Source: the human T2T-CHM13v2.0 reference genome, Homo sapiens. From it: 64,000 bases of DNA. A program made the position numbers and the translations under genes. This document shows positions 14,000 through 27,808 of this stretch, piece after piece (within the stretch, counting starts at the first letter, position 1; the number at the start of each line of letters is the position of its first letter). The DNA lies in NCBI RefSeq assembly GCF_009914755.1, contig NC_060925.1. One strand, given 5' to 3'. The notes under the pieces are model-generated. The model searched no databases. It was not told the DNA's origin and saw only the letters and a program-made list of their open reading frames with translations.

Positions 14000-14756
14000 G
14001 TAAGAGAGCTTACAATCAGAGTTTAGAATACAAGGTTTTTAGCACTGGACGGGACTCAGGATCACCCAGTGCAGAGTCCTTATTTCATGATGAGGCCATA
14101 GGGACTTGTGTGGAACCCAGGCCTCTTGGCATTTCCAGGTCAGTGTTAGGGCGGATGAGTACCAGCTCAGGAGTAAGATGACTTCTGGAGTGGGATGTGA
14201 TCACCAGGTGTGATCAGCAGAACGTGAATAATAAATATATGTGGAATTACTAAGGGCTGGGTGACTGTTAAGCAGACAAGAACAAATTTCTAAGATTAAG
14301 TAGCAATAATTGTAACATTTTATATAACATTTTATAACTTATAGAACATTTTCAGTTATTATTTCACTTGATAAGGATGACAGCTAGTAAATAGGTAATA
14401 AAAGAGTTACATTGACATTGAAAATTAGGTTAAAGTGTATGAACTGGCATGAAGAAATGGACCTCTCCTTTTTAGTTGGAAACCAAGTGTAGAAAGTTTG
14501 ACATTTTAGGTTTTTGTTTGGTTTGTTTTTGTTTTTTTTACTTTTTATTTGGAAACAATCTCAGATTTCCAGAAAATTGGCAAGAATTTTACCAAAGTGG
14601 GGCTGTGATGTTGATTTGTCCCCTTACTGGTGACATTAACTTATTGCAGTTGATTAAGAAGGTGTGTGGTAGCCTTTTCCACTGAGAAGTGAGGCTACTC
14701 TTTTTCTTTTTATAATCAGTCAAGATTTTGTGGCGTGGTACGTTGAGACTACATAA

Positions 14757-15281
<525 letters not shown>

Positions 15282-16429
15282 TGACACAGCAAGTTATCCT
15301 GGGTCAATCTTATATTTTTCCCTGCACCATTCCTGGAATTTGCCATTTCTCCAGGGAGCCCTCATCCCTTCTATCAGAGAATGGAATTTAGAAACCTGAG
15401 ATTCATGAATTAGGTGCAGTTGTTGCTATTGTGGTGTTGTGGTTCCCAGGCTCTCTCAGAAGACAGACCTAGGGTTTTTTAATCTATGTATGCACAAATA
15501 TACATATGTGTGTTTTATGTACATATTTATATACTGTACATATTTATTTCTATGTCTACATATCAAAATCTAGCAGTTCACACCAATATTTCCAATTCAA
15601 GTCCAGTATGACAAAGTTCATTCTAATTTTCTCCCTTTCCCTATTTGTACTTCCCTTGTCCAGCACTGAGAATATGTTTATTGATTTGATCAGTTCCCCT
15701 GAATGTAACAGTGTAACTCATCCTCCGTCACCACAGTTGTCCCATGTCCTGTATGAACACCCTGGTTTCTTCCCTTGGGCTCTGATCTCCATGTACTGGG
15801 CAGCCCTGCCCTCTTCCCACCCTGTCCTTCGCAGGAATGCCCTCCTCACCTCCCTCTGTGATGCTCCCATTAAACCCCTCCCCAACCTCCCAACTTGGCT
15901 TCAGCCCCTGCTCTGGGCTGCCCCATCGCTTAGGTGGATGCCTTTCTTGTTCCACATGCGCTTTAACAATTCCACACTGGGCCACCCCAACCCCCATCCC
16001 CACCACACACACAAGCCCCATGGAGTTCTGCCTTCCACAGTCCCATCTAAAGATTTTAGAACTAAATTATTAGGGAAGGGAGGAAGGGAACTGGAAGGAG
16101 AATGGTGCATCTCAGATTTTCAAGTGGAAATTTTGGTAGTTTCCAAATTATGATGAGCCTGGACAAATGGGCAGGCAGTAGAGGAATCCCAGTATGGAAA
16201 CTTGATCTCACCTGGGTATGTCTGTGTTGATTCCCAGTCTGCAGCATCTACAGGATAACCGAGATGCTTTTCCTGTTGTTTCTGGTGCTGTGCAGAGATG
16301 CTTTCTGTTTCTGTGAACAGAGAAGCAAGCATGTGGGAATTGGAGATGGGAAGCACAGCTTAGCTTCATCTCTTTTTGCAGACAGAGGAGGCAGTAGCAC
16401 ACAGCAGAGACAGCATGATGTGTTTTTAG

Positions 16430-17180
16430 GTTTGAGTTCTGGCTTTGCCACTTAAAGATATATAGTATCTGGTATTTCCCATTTCTCTCAGTTTCATTTT
16501 TCAACTGACCTCCCAGGTTTGCTGGAAGGATTAGCTAAGATAATGTACATAAAGTGCTCTGTAAAGAGATGTAATGATAATAACACAACAAACATTTATT
16601 GAGGCTCTACCCTGTGCCAGGCATGTACTAATAAGCGTGTTACATTTATTACACTTATCACAAAAACCATGAGGCAATTTTTCTCGTTGACAGATCAGGA
16701 AACGGAGGCTCTAAGAGATTAAGTAACTTGTCCAAGGTCATTCAGCTTGTAAATTGTGTAGCTGGATCTCAGATCCTGGCATTTTGACTCCAATGTTCAT
16801 GCTACTTTGTTAGTTTTTACCTTGTAGAATGTGATAAAAAGCTATCTGTCCGGCCAGGGGTAGCATGTAAATGAGTTTGTGGTACCCTGATGTGTCTGAT
16901 GCTCTGGAGGAGTTCCTGCCTAGTGGGAGTGTATGTGATCCTGGCAGATCTAGCTGGAGTGTAGGTGTGACTGAAAAGGAATGGTACAGATTGTGCTAGA
17001 GAGGCAACATAGCAGAGCAGTTAAGCGTGCTGACTCTGGAATCAGGCTGCAGAGATTCACATGTTGGACCTACCATCTAACTAGTTATTTCACTGTGGGG
17101 AAGTTACTTCATCTCACCGAGCCTTAACTTCCTCATCTATGAGGAGGGACATATGTCACTGGATTGTTTGCAGCAGTAAA
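16430..17180. mobile_element. Cluster of MIR fragments
   Basis: MIR cores at about 16430-16560, 16590-16800 (gattaagtaacttgtccaaggtca) and 17005-17180. Confidence 0.65.
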
Positions 17181-17184
17181 TGAG

Positions 17185-17504
<320 letters not shown>

Positions 17505-17678
17505 TGAGTTGTTTTATGTAAGTCTTATGGACCAATGTCTAGCGCATAGTAAGTTCTCAGTAAGTATTATGACTTCTAGTATATAATGGATTATATAGAC
17601 TTTCATGATTGACCTGGAAGCCCAACTGCTGTTTCCAAAATATTTCTAAAGAGAAAATATATTTAGAACTAGCAATCT

Positions 17679-17981
17679 GGCCAGGCACGGTAGCTCATGC
17701 CTTTAATCCCAGCACTTTGGGAGGCCGAGGCAGACAGATCACCTGAGGGCAGGAGTTTGAGACCAGCCTGGCCAACATGGCGAAACCCTGTCTCTACTAA
17801 AAATACAAAAATCAGCCAGGCGTGATGGTGCATGCCTGTAATCCCAGCTACTCGGGAGGCTGAGGCAGGAGAATTCGCCTGAACCCAGGAGGAGAGATTG
17901 TAGTGAGCCGAGATCGCACTATTTCACTCCAGCCTGGAGAACAGGAGCGAAACTCCATCCCAAAAAAAAAAAAAAAAAAAA
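17679..17981 (+). mobile_element. AluS
   Basis: Dimer with A tail; flanking repeat actagcaatc. Confidence 0.9.
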
Positions 17982-18567
17982 GAATTACTAGCAATCAATT
18001 AGCATAACCTTGAATACAACCAACTTAACACTTGTGATACAATCAATTCATGAAAATTGGACACCATCAATATAGTACGCTTTCCTTATAAACATTCGGG
18101 ACGGGGAGGAAGACCTCTGGTAAATTCTGATTCAAAGTCAGATATTGAGCATATCGTATAGTCTTTATGTAATTGCACTCTTCTTTAAGGTAAGGGCACC
18201 GGACGGTCATCATCTGGAATGGCAGTGATCATGGCAGTATAGCTAGTGTAGGAGGCTGCCCCGCCATTTGTTTCTAATTTCTAAAAAAGGAAAAAAACTC
18301 GGTTATGAAAATAATACGTTTGTTAAAATGCACATTATTTGTAATGTTTGGTTGTTTGGTTCAAGAGGTTAGCATATTTTACCCTAAGAACAACAAAAGA
18401 TAGATAACCATGAAAGTTTGAATTAAGCATTTATATAATGTGGAAAACGTCTAAATAAACTTCCTATATGAGAACTTATTTAGCCCTAGAGGAAGCTCTT
18501 GAAGTGAGGAGCTAGCTGTGGCTGCCCATAATGGCTCTTTCTCTTTTTGCTTGTACCTACTTAACAG

Positions 18568-18731
18568 GAACCAGGAAAGCGTTCTCAGCTGTGGAGGATG
18601 ACAGGAACAGGAATGCTGGCCCATGAGGGCTCCTCAGTTCCTCACAATCCCAATAAGCCCTCAGCCGCCCGCTCCACCGAGGGGTCTGCCATCTTAGATA
18701 TTGCTGGTCTCGCTGCAGTGACTGACAACAG
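18568..18731 (+). CDS. VPS13D: VPS13D exon: EPGKRSQLWRMTGTGMLAHEGSSVPHNPNKPSAARSTEGSAILDIAGLAAVTDN(R)
   Basis: ttaacag| acceptor, CAG|gtaatt donor; 164 nt, phase 0 to 2. Confidence 0.94.
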
Positions 18732-19627
18732 GTAATTTTCTAGGCAACTTTTGATTCAAGCTCATTGCTTTCAAATTCAGACTCAGAGGAAATCTACAAC
18801 AAAAACTAAGAGTTCTATAAATAAAGTAAAAATGTATATTTTTTTCAATGACAAAAACCTGTCATATTCCCAAATATGAGTATTGGGCTTTCCCTTTAAA
18901 TATTTTAAGCTTTGATGAAATACCCATGCAGATGTTAAGAAACTTCAAACAATAAAATGGGTATAATGTGAAAAGTGATTATTTCTTCCACCCAAATTCC
19001 AGTCCGTCCTTATTCTGAGGAAGTAGTTTCTTTTTTACATCTTCCTAATAACTTTGTCAAATCCTTCAAAAGCAGAAATTAATTATTAAGAGAATAATCA
19101 GATGTATTTTTATGAATAAATCCTTGGATTCAAATTAGCTCTTTAAGTTTGAATAAGTTACTTGATTTGCCTGTGCCTTAGTTTCTCCATAAAAATCAGT
19201 GTGTTTTCAGTTAATACCTTATTTCCAGAAAAACTTTAGTTGACTTACAAGTTAGAACAGAAAAGAATTTAGAAATACAACAGAAAAAAGACTGTTGGAA
19301 AGATTTTACATGTATTTAGCAGCTATTCCTTCCATACTGCATGGTAAGTTGCCGTTTTGAGAATGCAAGAAGCCATATTACTGTGTGTTATGAAATCTTT
19401 AATGTCTTACTTTGTGTCCCCTCTTCATGTTTTTCCATTTTGCTTTATTCCTCTTTTCTTATCAAGAGATACCTAACTGCCCTAGGATTCAAGCTAACTA
19501 CCCATTCAGTTTTAAGGGTGGAGGGCATTAGAAGGAAGAAGAGCAAAGCCATCATCCTCATGTTCCCTTCAGGCGTGAAACAGTTGACTCGGAGGTTTCA
19601 TGGTTCATTGTGTATTCCGTTTTCCAG

Positions 19628-19736
19628 ATACGAGCCACTGATGCTGAGAAAGCCTGACCGCAGGCGAAGCACAACTCAGACGTGGAGTTTCCGAGAAGGA
19701 AAACTGACCTGTGGGTTACATGGGTTGGTCGTCCAG
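19628..19736 (+). CDS. VPS13D: VPS13D exon: (R)YEPLMLRKPDRRRSTTQTWSFREGKLTCGLHGLVVQ
   Basis: gttttccag| acceptor, CAG|gtcagt donor; 109 nt, phase 2 to 0. Confidence 0.94.
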
Positions 19737-19789
19737 GTCAGTCGTTTTTGATCCCCAATTGCAGCAAGCAGTGGTTGAGCCTTCTTTGA

Positions 19790-20286
<497 letters not shown>

Positions 20287-20345
20287 TGATAAGATATGTT
20301 TTTCATGGCTTACCTGGACTTTTTCTTTGATGTCATATATTACCA

Positions 20346-20417
20346 ATGTAATTTTAAAAAGAAAAAAATTACCTATGTAATTTTAAAAAGAAAAAAATTA
20401 CCTATGTAATTTTAAAA
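20346..20417. repeat. 29-bp tandem repeat, 2.5 copies
   Basis: atgtaattttaaaaagaaaaaaattacct x2 plus partial third copy. Confidence 0.95.
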
Positions 20418-22035
20418 GTCCAGCACTAAGTTAGATGAATTAGATTTAGACCTGGGAAGTTAATGGCATAGCTGCAAGTCCTCTGTAAAGGGTTCTATGA
20501 CATGGTGAGCATTCGCCAGGCATCTACATGCTCTTGATTCTGTTCATTTTGGCCTAAATAAGCATTGAATTGCTGTAGCAAATGTCAGAATGAAGATTGC
20601 TGGACAGTTTCCTCCTCAGCCAGTCTACCTCATGATAAACTCCCAGCTACTTTCTAAGCAAATATGTGTTTGGCAAATTACCAAGGGTTTGGATTTTCTG
20701 CCCTTTCTGGCTTCAGGCTGGGAATGAGAACAGGGGTCTGAGAAGTAGGAAGGTGTCTAGGAGGTTTGGACATGCAGTAGACTAGCACCTGCAATTGTGT
20801 GTGCAGTTCTGTCCAGCCTGGGATTTTACACAAAAGGGAAACAGGAGACTATCAGACTCTTGATAGAGAACTCTGAGTGTACTTAGATTGTACTCCAGGG
20901 CAGTTTGCAAAAACTGTAAGGAGCCTCTGACTGCTTTTGGTGAGATTTATTTTCTTTATCTCTATCGCCCTGAGCTTTTTTCATCAAAGACAAGCTGCTT
21001 ACTTATATGTAGCACACATCTGGAATGGATTTGTGATTTTCAATTAGCAATACAATTCAAACTTCTAGAGGCAAAGAGGGCTTGTTATAATTGGTGGGTT
21101 TCATGTCTGACCCTGACTTCACTTCTAGTTTGTTTCTAAAGCCCATGTAATTCCAATGCTCTTGGAGCATTTTCTTCCTTAAAATCTTTTTTTGGTGTTT
21201 GTTGTTTTGTGAATCTATTTCATCATTTCCCTGCTTGTTAGTGACAGTATAATAACAGTATTCAGCAGAGCAGAATGTGTTTTGGTTAGGGAAGTAAGCT
21301 TGTTTCAATCTTATTATGCTGAATAAAGTCATTGAAGACATTAAAACATTTTCTGACACTGCTCTTATTAGGTTGTATATGCTCTTTCTTTCTAAACTTA
21401 TAATAGCTATAAAAAGCTTTCTTTGTGTTGAAACCTGTACTATAAACCCTGCTCAAAGTTTGCTTTTCATGAGTCAATATTTAAAAGTTAACAAAGGGGA
21501 TTTAGACACTCTTTGCCATTGTCTTCTCTAGCCTTGTGTTTGCTTTCCCACAGCCATAATCCTGTAGACTCGATTTACTTGGGGCATGTAGCAAGGTGTT
21601 TTCCTCCAAAGGCCTTGTTAAAGCAAACTAAATATGGCCTGAGAAGGACTCCGTACTTCTATAATTGAATCCCTGTGGACCAACTGTAACCTAGAGTAAT
21701 CGGCAGGCAAGATTGAAATCCTTACTTAGGAGTATGTGCCTGTAACAATAGCTGAGACTTGGCCAGTCACAGCAGCCATACTTCCACCACTCACAGATGG
21801 CTGAGTGTTCAGACTGTGTTCAAATAAGGCAGACGCCAACCTGTAACCAATCCAGCTGTTTACTTCCAACTTCTGTACATCACTTCCCTTTCTTTGTCTA
21901 TAAATTTGTTCTGACCACGAGGCATCCCTGGAGTCTCTCTGAATCTGCTGTGATTCTGGAGGCTGCCTGATTTGTGAATTGTTCATTGCTCAATTAAACC
22001 CCTTTAAATTTAATTCGGCTGAAGTCAGTCAGTCT

Positions 22036-22069
22036 GTCTTTTTTTCTTTTTCTTTCTTTTCTTTTCTTT

Positions 22070-22120
<51 letters not shown>

Positions 22121-22260
22121 CTCTCTCTCTCTCTCTCCTTCCTTCCTTTCTTCCTTCCTTCCTTCCTTTCTTTCTCTTTCTTTCTTTCTTTCTTCCCTTT
22201 CTTCTCTCTCTTTCTTTCTTTTTCTTTCTTTCTTTTTCCTTTTCCTCTTTTCTTTTCTTT
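22036..22260. repeat. Compound (TTTC)n/(TC)n/(TTCC)n polypyrimidine tract (expanded Alu tail)
   Basis: About 225 nt essentially only T/C. Confidence 0.95.
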
Positions 22261-22540
22261 TGACAAAGTGTCGCTCTTGTTGCCCGGGCTGGAGTACAAT
22301 AGCACAATCTCAGTTCACTGCAACCTCCGCCTCCCGGGCTCAAGCGATTCTCCTGCCTCAGCCTCCTGAGTAGCTGGGATTACAGTTGCCTGCAACCATG
22401 CCTGGCTAATTTTTGTATTTTTAGTAGAGATAGGGTTTCACCATGTTGACCAGGCTGGTCTCAAACTCCTGACCTCAGATGATTCGCCCGCCTTGGCCTC
22501 CCGAAGTGCTGGGATTACAGGCTGAGCCACCTCGCCTGGC
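22261..22540 (-). mobile_element. AluS body inside the MER57 LTR
   Basis: Dimer; tgaagt repeated on both flanks. Confidence 0.9.
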
Positions 22541-23116
22541 TTGAAGTTTTTCTTTTAACAGCCTGAATAACTGGGTATCAGGTGACATTCTCAACTCTGT
22601 ATTCCATTCTAGAAGAAACACCATCTTTTGAGTATTTGGATTGGTTGTCCAGCCATAGGCCTGTTTGGGGAGGTTTTCAACTCAAGAATTTTCCTCTTAC
22701 TGGAAAGCTGAATGATTATAATAATTATTTTCTATTTTCAGAATATTTCAGATTTTTAAGCAAACCCTAGTAAGAATACTCAAAGAAACAGCTAGTTTTG
22801 GCTACTTTTTTAGAAGTTTATTTTAATGACAAGAAGTTAGTACTAGTAAAAGGCAGAATTAAACTGATCTATGCATGAAATTATCTCTTATTCATAATTA
22901 CCAAAATTTATGAGCATAACTTTTCATCTTACTGAAGTAATTCTCCTGTTTTTCATCATCTGCAAAGCTGAACAAATAGTAAAGGCTTTGTTGCACATTG
23001 ATCATGACCCTCCAGAGGAGAATGTAAATTTAGGAACTTGTTTGAAATGATGTGTTAACTTGTCAAAGTCAGTGCCTCTGTCTTTTCTCACATGTCTCTA
23101 CTCCAATGTCTTTTAG

Positions 23117-23296
23117 GCCAAAGGAGGACTTTCTGGTTTGTTTGATGGAGCTGAAGTTGTTCTTGGTCCTGACACTTCCATGGAGCTTTTGGGGCCAGTT
23201 CCACCTGAACAACAATTTATTAATCAAAAAATGAGACCTGGTTCTGGAATGTTATCCATCAGAGTCATCCCAGATGGACCAACTAGAGCACTCCAG
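23117..23296 (+). CDS. VPS13D: VPS13D exon: AKGGLSGLFDGAEVVLGPDTSMELLGPVPPEQQFINQKMRPGSGMLSIRVIPDGPTRALQ
   Basis: cttttag| acceptor, CAG|gtgata donor; 180 nt, phase 0 to 0; DGPTR.L motif conserved in VPS13. Confidence 0.95.
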
Positions 23297-23354
23297 GTGA
23301 TAATTTGTCATAAGAGCTGATGTGAAACTCTGTACTTCCTCCACCCCCAATGAT

Positions 23355-24700
23355 TACTCATTTAACAAATACTTATTGAACATGTTTATGCCAGATATGA
23401 AGATATGGTATCTTCATCTGTAAAATGGGGATAGGATCTACCTCACAAAGTTGTTACAAGAACTAAAGTACAACAAAAAGATAAGCGTAAAGTATAAACA
23501 AAGTATCAATGAAATATGTGGTAACCTAAAAAAGTATAAGATTTAAACAAGATAATGTTAACAGTGCATATTAATAGTGTTGTTAATTATTATTAATAAC
23601 ATAATATCTTAATAACATTAACAACAAGAAGATATGAGATCCTTAATCAGATAATTAAAATATTGTGTTAATGAGAGTAGGAGTGGAGGGTGTATGGAAA
23701 GGATTTGTATTCCCAGATTTAGAGGGTGGGGAGCTTCCTAAGAGAAGTAGTACTTAAACTGAGACCTAGAGTTTAACTGAAAGGAATTAGCCAAATAGAA
23801 AGGTACAGGTGGAGGGGCTGTGCCCTCAGTAATAAGCATGTTCATCAACAGGTATTTACTGAGCAGCTACTTGAGCCAGCACAGGTCTAGGTACGGAACA
23901 TTTACCAGTGAACGGACAAAACTCCCTGCCTTCTTGGAGCTTACATTCTAGTGGGGATGGACCATCATTGACCAATAAACATAGGAAGTAAATGACATAC
24001 GATGTGGAAGTTGACTAGTGAAGGCCCACAGGTAGCAGAGTGATCCTCAGCCCAAGTGGCACACAGAATGTGGTAAGAAAGAAGGCTGGAGATAGAAGCA
24101 GGGGCCAGATCATAAAAAGTCTGAGATACATACTAAAGAATTTGTGGTTTTTCTAAGGCAACAAGGAGTCAGGGAATGGCATGATTAGAAAATTGTTTTA
24201 GATCACTTCCTCTGGCTGCAATGTAGAGAAGCAGAGTGGGGCAAGACTGGAGATAGTGAAATACCAGGTAGGAGGCTCTTGCACTAATGTAAATGAAGGG
24301 TTATGGTGGCCTGAACTGGAAGAAGTGGCAGGGGTGGACATGAGGAGGCTGGAGAGAAATGGATAGAAATGAGAGCTTACTTAGGAGTAGAGTCAGGCAG
24401 ATTTTGTGACTGAATGTGGGAATGAGGGAGAGGAAGGAGTCAGTAATGGCCTCCAAGGTTCTGATTTGGGCAACTCACAGGATGATAATCCAGATCACTA
24501 AGGGATGAACATGGAGCAGACTTGCAGAGGAAGGGAGGAGTTAGGTTTTGGACTTGTTGAGTTAAGGTAACTGTGTGATATCTATGTGAAGATGTCCATA
24601 AGTCATTGTAACTATGGCTCTGAAACCCAGGGGAGAGATCTGTGATGGGGATAAGGGTTTATTAGGTCATAGCGTAATCAGAACAAAGGAAAAAAAAGAT
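23355..24700 (-). mobile_element. L2 LINE relics (with short MIR piece)
   Basis: L2 3'-end-like aacaaatacttattgaaca / caacaggtatttactgagca and purine-rich antisense L2 body; approximate. Confidence 0.65.
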
Positions 24701-24755
24701 GTTGGAATGTAGCAATGAGCTCTCTGAGATAGTGCATCACAATTCACAACACCAC

Positions 24756-25060
24756 TTTTTATTTATTTATTTATTTATTTAGCTATGTCACTCTCTTTCA
24801 CCTAGGCTGGAGGGAAGTGGCAAAATCATAGCTCATTATAGCCTCGAACTCCTGGGCTCAGGTGATCCTCCCACCTCAGCCTCCCGAATAGCTGGAACTT
24901 AAGTGCATGCCACCATGCTTAGCTAATTACTTTTCATTTTTTGTGGAGATAGGGTCTCGCTATGTTCCCCAGGCTGGTCTTGAACTTCTGGGATCAAGCG
25001 ATCTTCCCACCTTAGCCTCGCAAGTAGCTTGGACTACAGGTGTGTGCCACTGTGCCGGCT
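24756..25060 (-). mobile_element. AluJ
   Basis: Diverged dimer; TSD cacaa(c/t)accactt. Confidence 0.85.
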
Positions 25061-25400
25061 CACAATACCACTTTAAAAAACAATCTTAAGGCAAAAATGA
25101 ATGCAGTGATCTTGAGGTTTGCATATTTTGACTTGAGCTATAATTTGAGATCATCTGCAGATATCTAACCCCACTACGTGAGGCTCTCAAGGTGTATAGC
25201 TTGAGTTTGCCATGCAGACTTGAAACCAAGTTTGCTTCTTTATTACACAAATCTTACCTTACCAGTGCTTTGGAAACCATTCGCTTCCATAGGATTATTG
25301 ATTATATAATGACTTTTGACCTACACAGTTGTTCTGGGTTAGAATAGGTTTCAATAAGGAAGAGTGAATCATCTTCTTGTGGTGTTTTATTTGACTTCAG

Positions 25401-25514
25401 ATAACAGATTTCTGCCACCGGAAAAGCAGCCGTTCATATGAAGTGGATGAACTTCCTGTCACCGAACAAGAGCTGCAGAAATTAAAGAATCCAGATACAG
25501 AGCAGGAATTGGAA
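25401..25514 (+). CDS. VPS13D: VPS13D exon: ITDFCHRKSSRSYEVDELPVTEQELQKLKNPDTEQELE
   Basis: gacttcag| acceptor, GAA|gtaagg donor; 114 nt, phase 0 to 0. Confidence 0.93.
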
Positions 25515-26325
25515 GTAAGGTCTAAATATTGTGAATTTATTTATTTGATCATCAGTTTTTTAGAATTTTACTTGGTGGTATTTTAGACCTTCTGTTTTCT
25601 TTCTATCCTGTATGATTCTAAATATGAGTTACGCTTCACAGTGTTTACTGTTTATCAGTGAATGTGTGAATGTATTATGTAAATGACAACAAAGTTTATG
25701 TGGAATCAGCATGTAGTAAGCATTGCTAAACTATTATTACAATAAAGGAAGCTAAATTGTTTGAATTTCAGTAAGATTTAAGACAAACAATTTTTTGTTT
25801 TTTGCTTCAGCCATCTCTGACATCTTCCTTCTGTTTTCTCTGTTTGGGATTGGAGAGTGACAAGTTTGAAAAGGAAGATGAGATGAACATGAAAAAGTAT
25901 ATTTATCTGACGTTTATTCAGTGATTTTTGAAAAAATCAAATGCCTATGTGTAAAACACTGTGTTGGGTGCTATGGAAGTGTAGTGGATAACAGATTATG
26001 AGCTTTCATCCCAAATAAGGTGAAAGATTACCAAATAATTAGATTTCTATAATGAAATGCAGAATGTCATCAGTCCTTTGATAGAGGTATCATCACATAC
26101 TCTGGAGTTCTCGTTGGGGTGAAGGGTATGCCTAGAAAGCAAGGCTTCCAGTGAGATGATAGCATTTGAGCCCTCCAGGTAAATAATAGGACTCCCCTAA
26201 GTGGTTTTCATCTGCTGAGAGATCGGGAGTAGAGGAATGTAAAATGCTTTATTTTCTTATACTCTCCTGGATACTGTGAGCTGTGTTTAAAACAATCAGG
26301 GTGCCATATTTTGGTTTCCTTTCAG

Positions 26326-26475
26326 GTGCTTGTGAGGTTAGAAGGTGGAATTGGGTTGTCCTTAATTAATAAAGTCCCAGAAGAACTGGTCTTTGCAAGT
26401 CTTACAGGAATCAATGTGCACTATACACAGCTGGCAACCAGTCACATGCTTGAACTCAGCATACAGGATGTACAG
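26326..26475 (+). CDS. VPS13D: VPS13D exon: VLVRLEGGIGLSLINKVPEELVFASLTGINVHYTQLATSHMLELSIQDVQ
   Basis: ttcctttcag| acceptor, CAG|gtaagg donor; 150 nt; GIG.SL.N..P.EL motif of VPS13. Confidence 0.96.
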
Positions 26476-27588
26476 GTAAGGGGGAAGTTCCAAAGCTGTT
26501 AGTCACCTTGTTTTCATGCTGATCACCCAACCAGATCTAATGTTTGATGTTCTAAGAACTTTAATGTTTTGGAGGAAATATCTTGTGGCCTTCAAAAAAT
26601 CATTCTGTGAAATAGTTGTTTCTACCTACATTCGTCTCATTAATTTTTCTACATACAGCAGAATTCTGCATATATTAGAGGTAACTCAGTCAGGGTGTCA
26701 TGGAGGAAGGTGACCCATGGTTCACCATCTTGCCAATAGAAAAACCAATAGGAAGTCATCTAACCATCATTCGGAGGGATTGAGGTCTGTCATAGGGAGA
26801 ACAAACTAAAGAACTGGACTTTGCTTTCAGTCAAGATGGAGTAACAGGGACTAAATTTACCCTCCCACCTGAAACAACCCCAGAATCCAGATAAATAAGA
26901 AGACAATGGTATTGAGACACTGGACATCAGACAATGAAGGACAGTGCTTTGACAGGTGGGAAACAAACGAGCTGAGCCCTGTAATTGCCTTTCTTACCAA
27001 TTTGAGAACGTTTCCAGGGAGGGGAGACCAAGCAAGTACCCAGCACAGTGGAGAAGTTGAGAAAACAGAGCTGAGAGTCTAGAGAGACCAAGGTATCTAT
27101 AGTTATAGGATGGTACACTTGGGCATAGAGAGCTGCACAGAAAAACTCTGAAGATCTATAGACCGTCCCTCTTGAGTATTTAGCCAAGTATTAGTCAGTG
27201 ATGTATGTGAGGAAACTACCCATCTGAAAGGATCAGAGGGAACAGTGCCTGCTGCCCACACAGGGCTAGGAATAGTGCTTGTGCCCACCAGCTGGACTGG
27301 AAAAACTAAGAATTTATGAGACGTTGGGAAGAGTCTCAGGAAAGCCTTGCCCTCATGATTAATTAGCCCTAAACTGAGCACTGCTATAGACTGCCTAAGA
27401 AATCATAAAAGGAAGATCCGAAAGAATCAACCTCTTCCCAAGTAAATTAACCATATCCTTGAATAAAGCTCAAGAAGATTATTGGAATATGACAATTTAG
27501 CACCCAACAAGGTAAAATTCACAATATCTGACATCCTATCAAAAATTACCAGGTGTGCAAAGGAGTAGGAAAACTTTCTATATAATGA

Positions 27589-27808
27589 GGAGACTAATTG
27601 GTCAAAACTGATTCACAACTGGCACAGATGTTAGAATTTTTGGAGGACGTTAAAACTGTTAATGTAACTGTATTCTCTGTGTTCAAAAGGTTAAGTAGGG
27701 AGACTAATTGGTCAAAACTGATTCACAACTGGCACAGATGTTAGAATTTTTGGAGGACGTTAAAACTGTTAATGTAACTGTATTCTCTGTGTTCAAAAGG
27801 TTAAGTAG
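27589..27808. repeat. Perfect 110-bp tandem duplication
   Basis: 27589-27698 identical to 27699-27808. Confidence 0.97.

Larger units (their letters stand above)
21616..22560 (+). mobile_element. ERV1 solo LTR, MER57-like, interrupted near its 3' end by an Alu
   Basis: TGTTAAAG...TTTTAACA termini; 4-bp TSD gcct (21612-21615, 22561-22564); CCAAT 21847, TATAAA 21899, ATTAAA 21993; family name from recalled consensus. Confidence 0.85.

Noticed and set aside
15506-16153. Longest ORF in the track (215 aa)
   Set aside because: Begins in an L1 relic and runs through C-rich low-complexity sequence; no recognisable domain and not needed by the phase-consistent exon chain.
21979-22343. F/S/L-rich and K/E/R-rich ORFs
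   Set aside because: Translations of the TC microsatellite.
23579-23625. AT-rich imperfect inverted repeat
   Set aside because: Low-complexity context makes it unremarkable.
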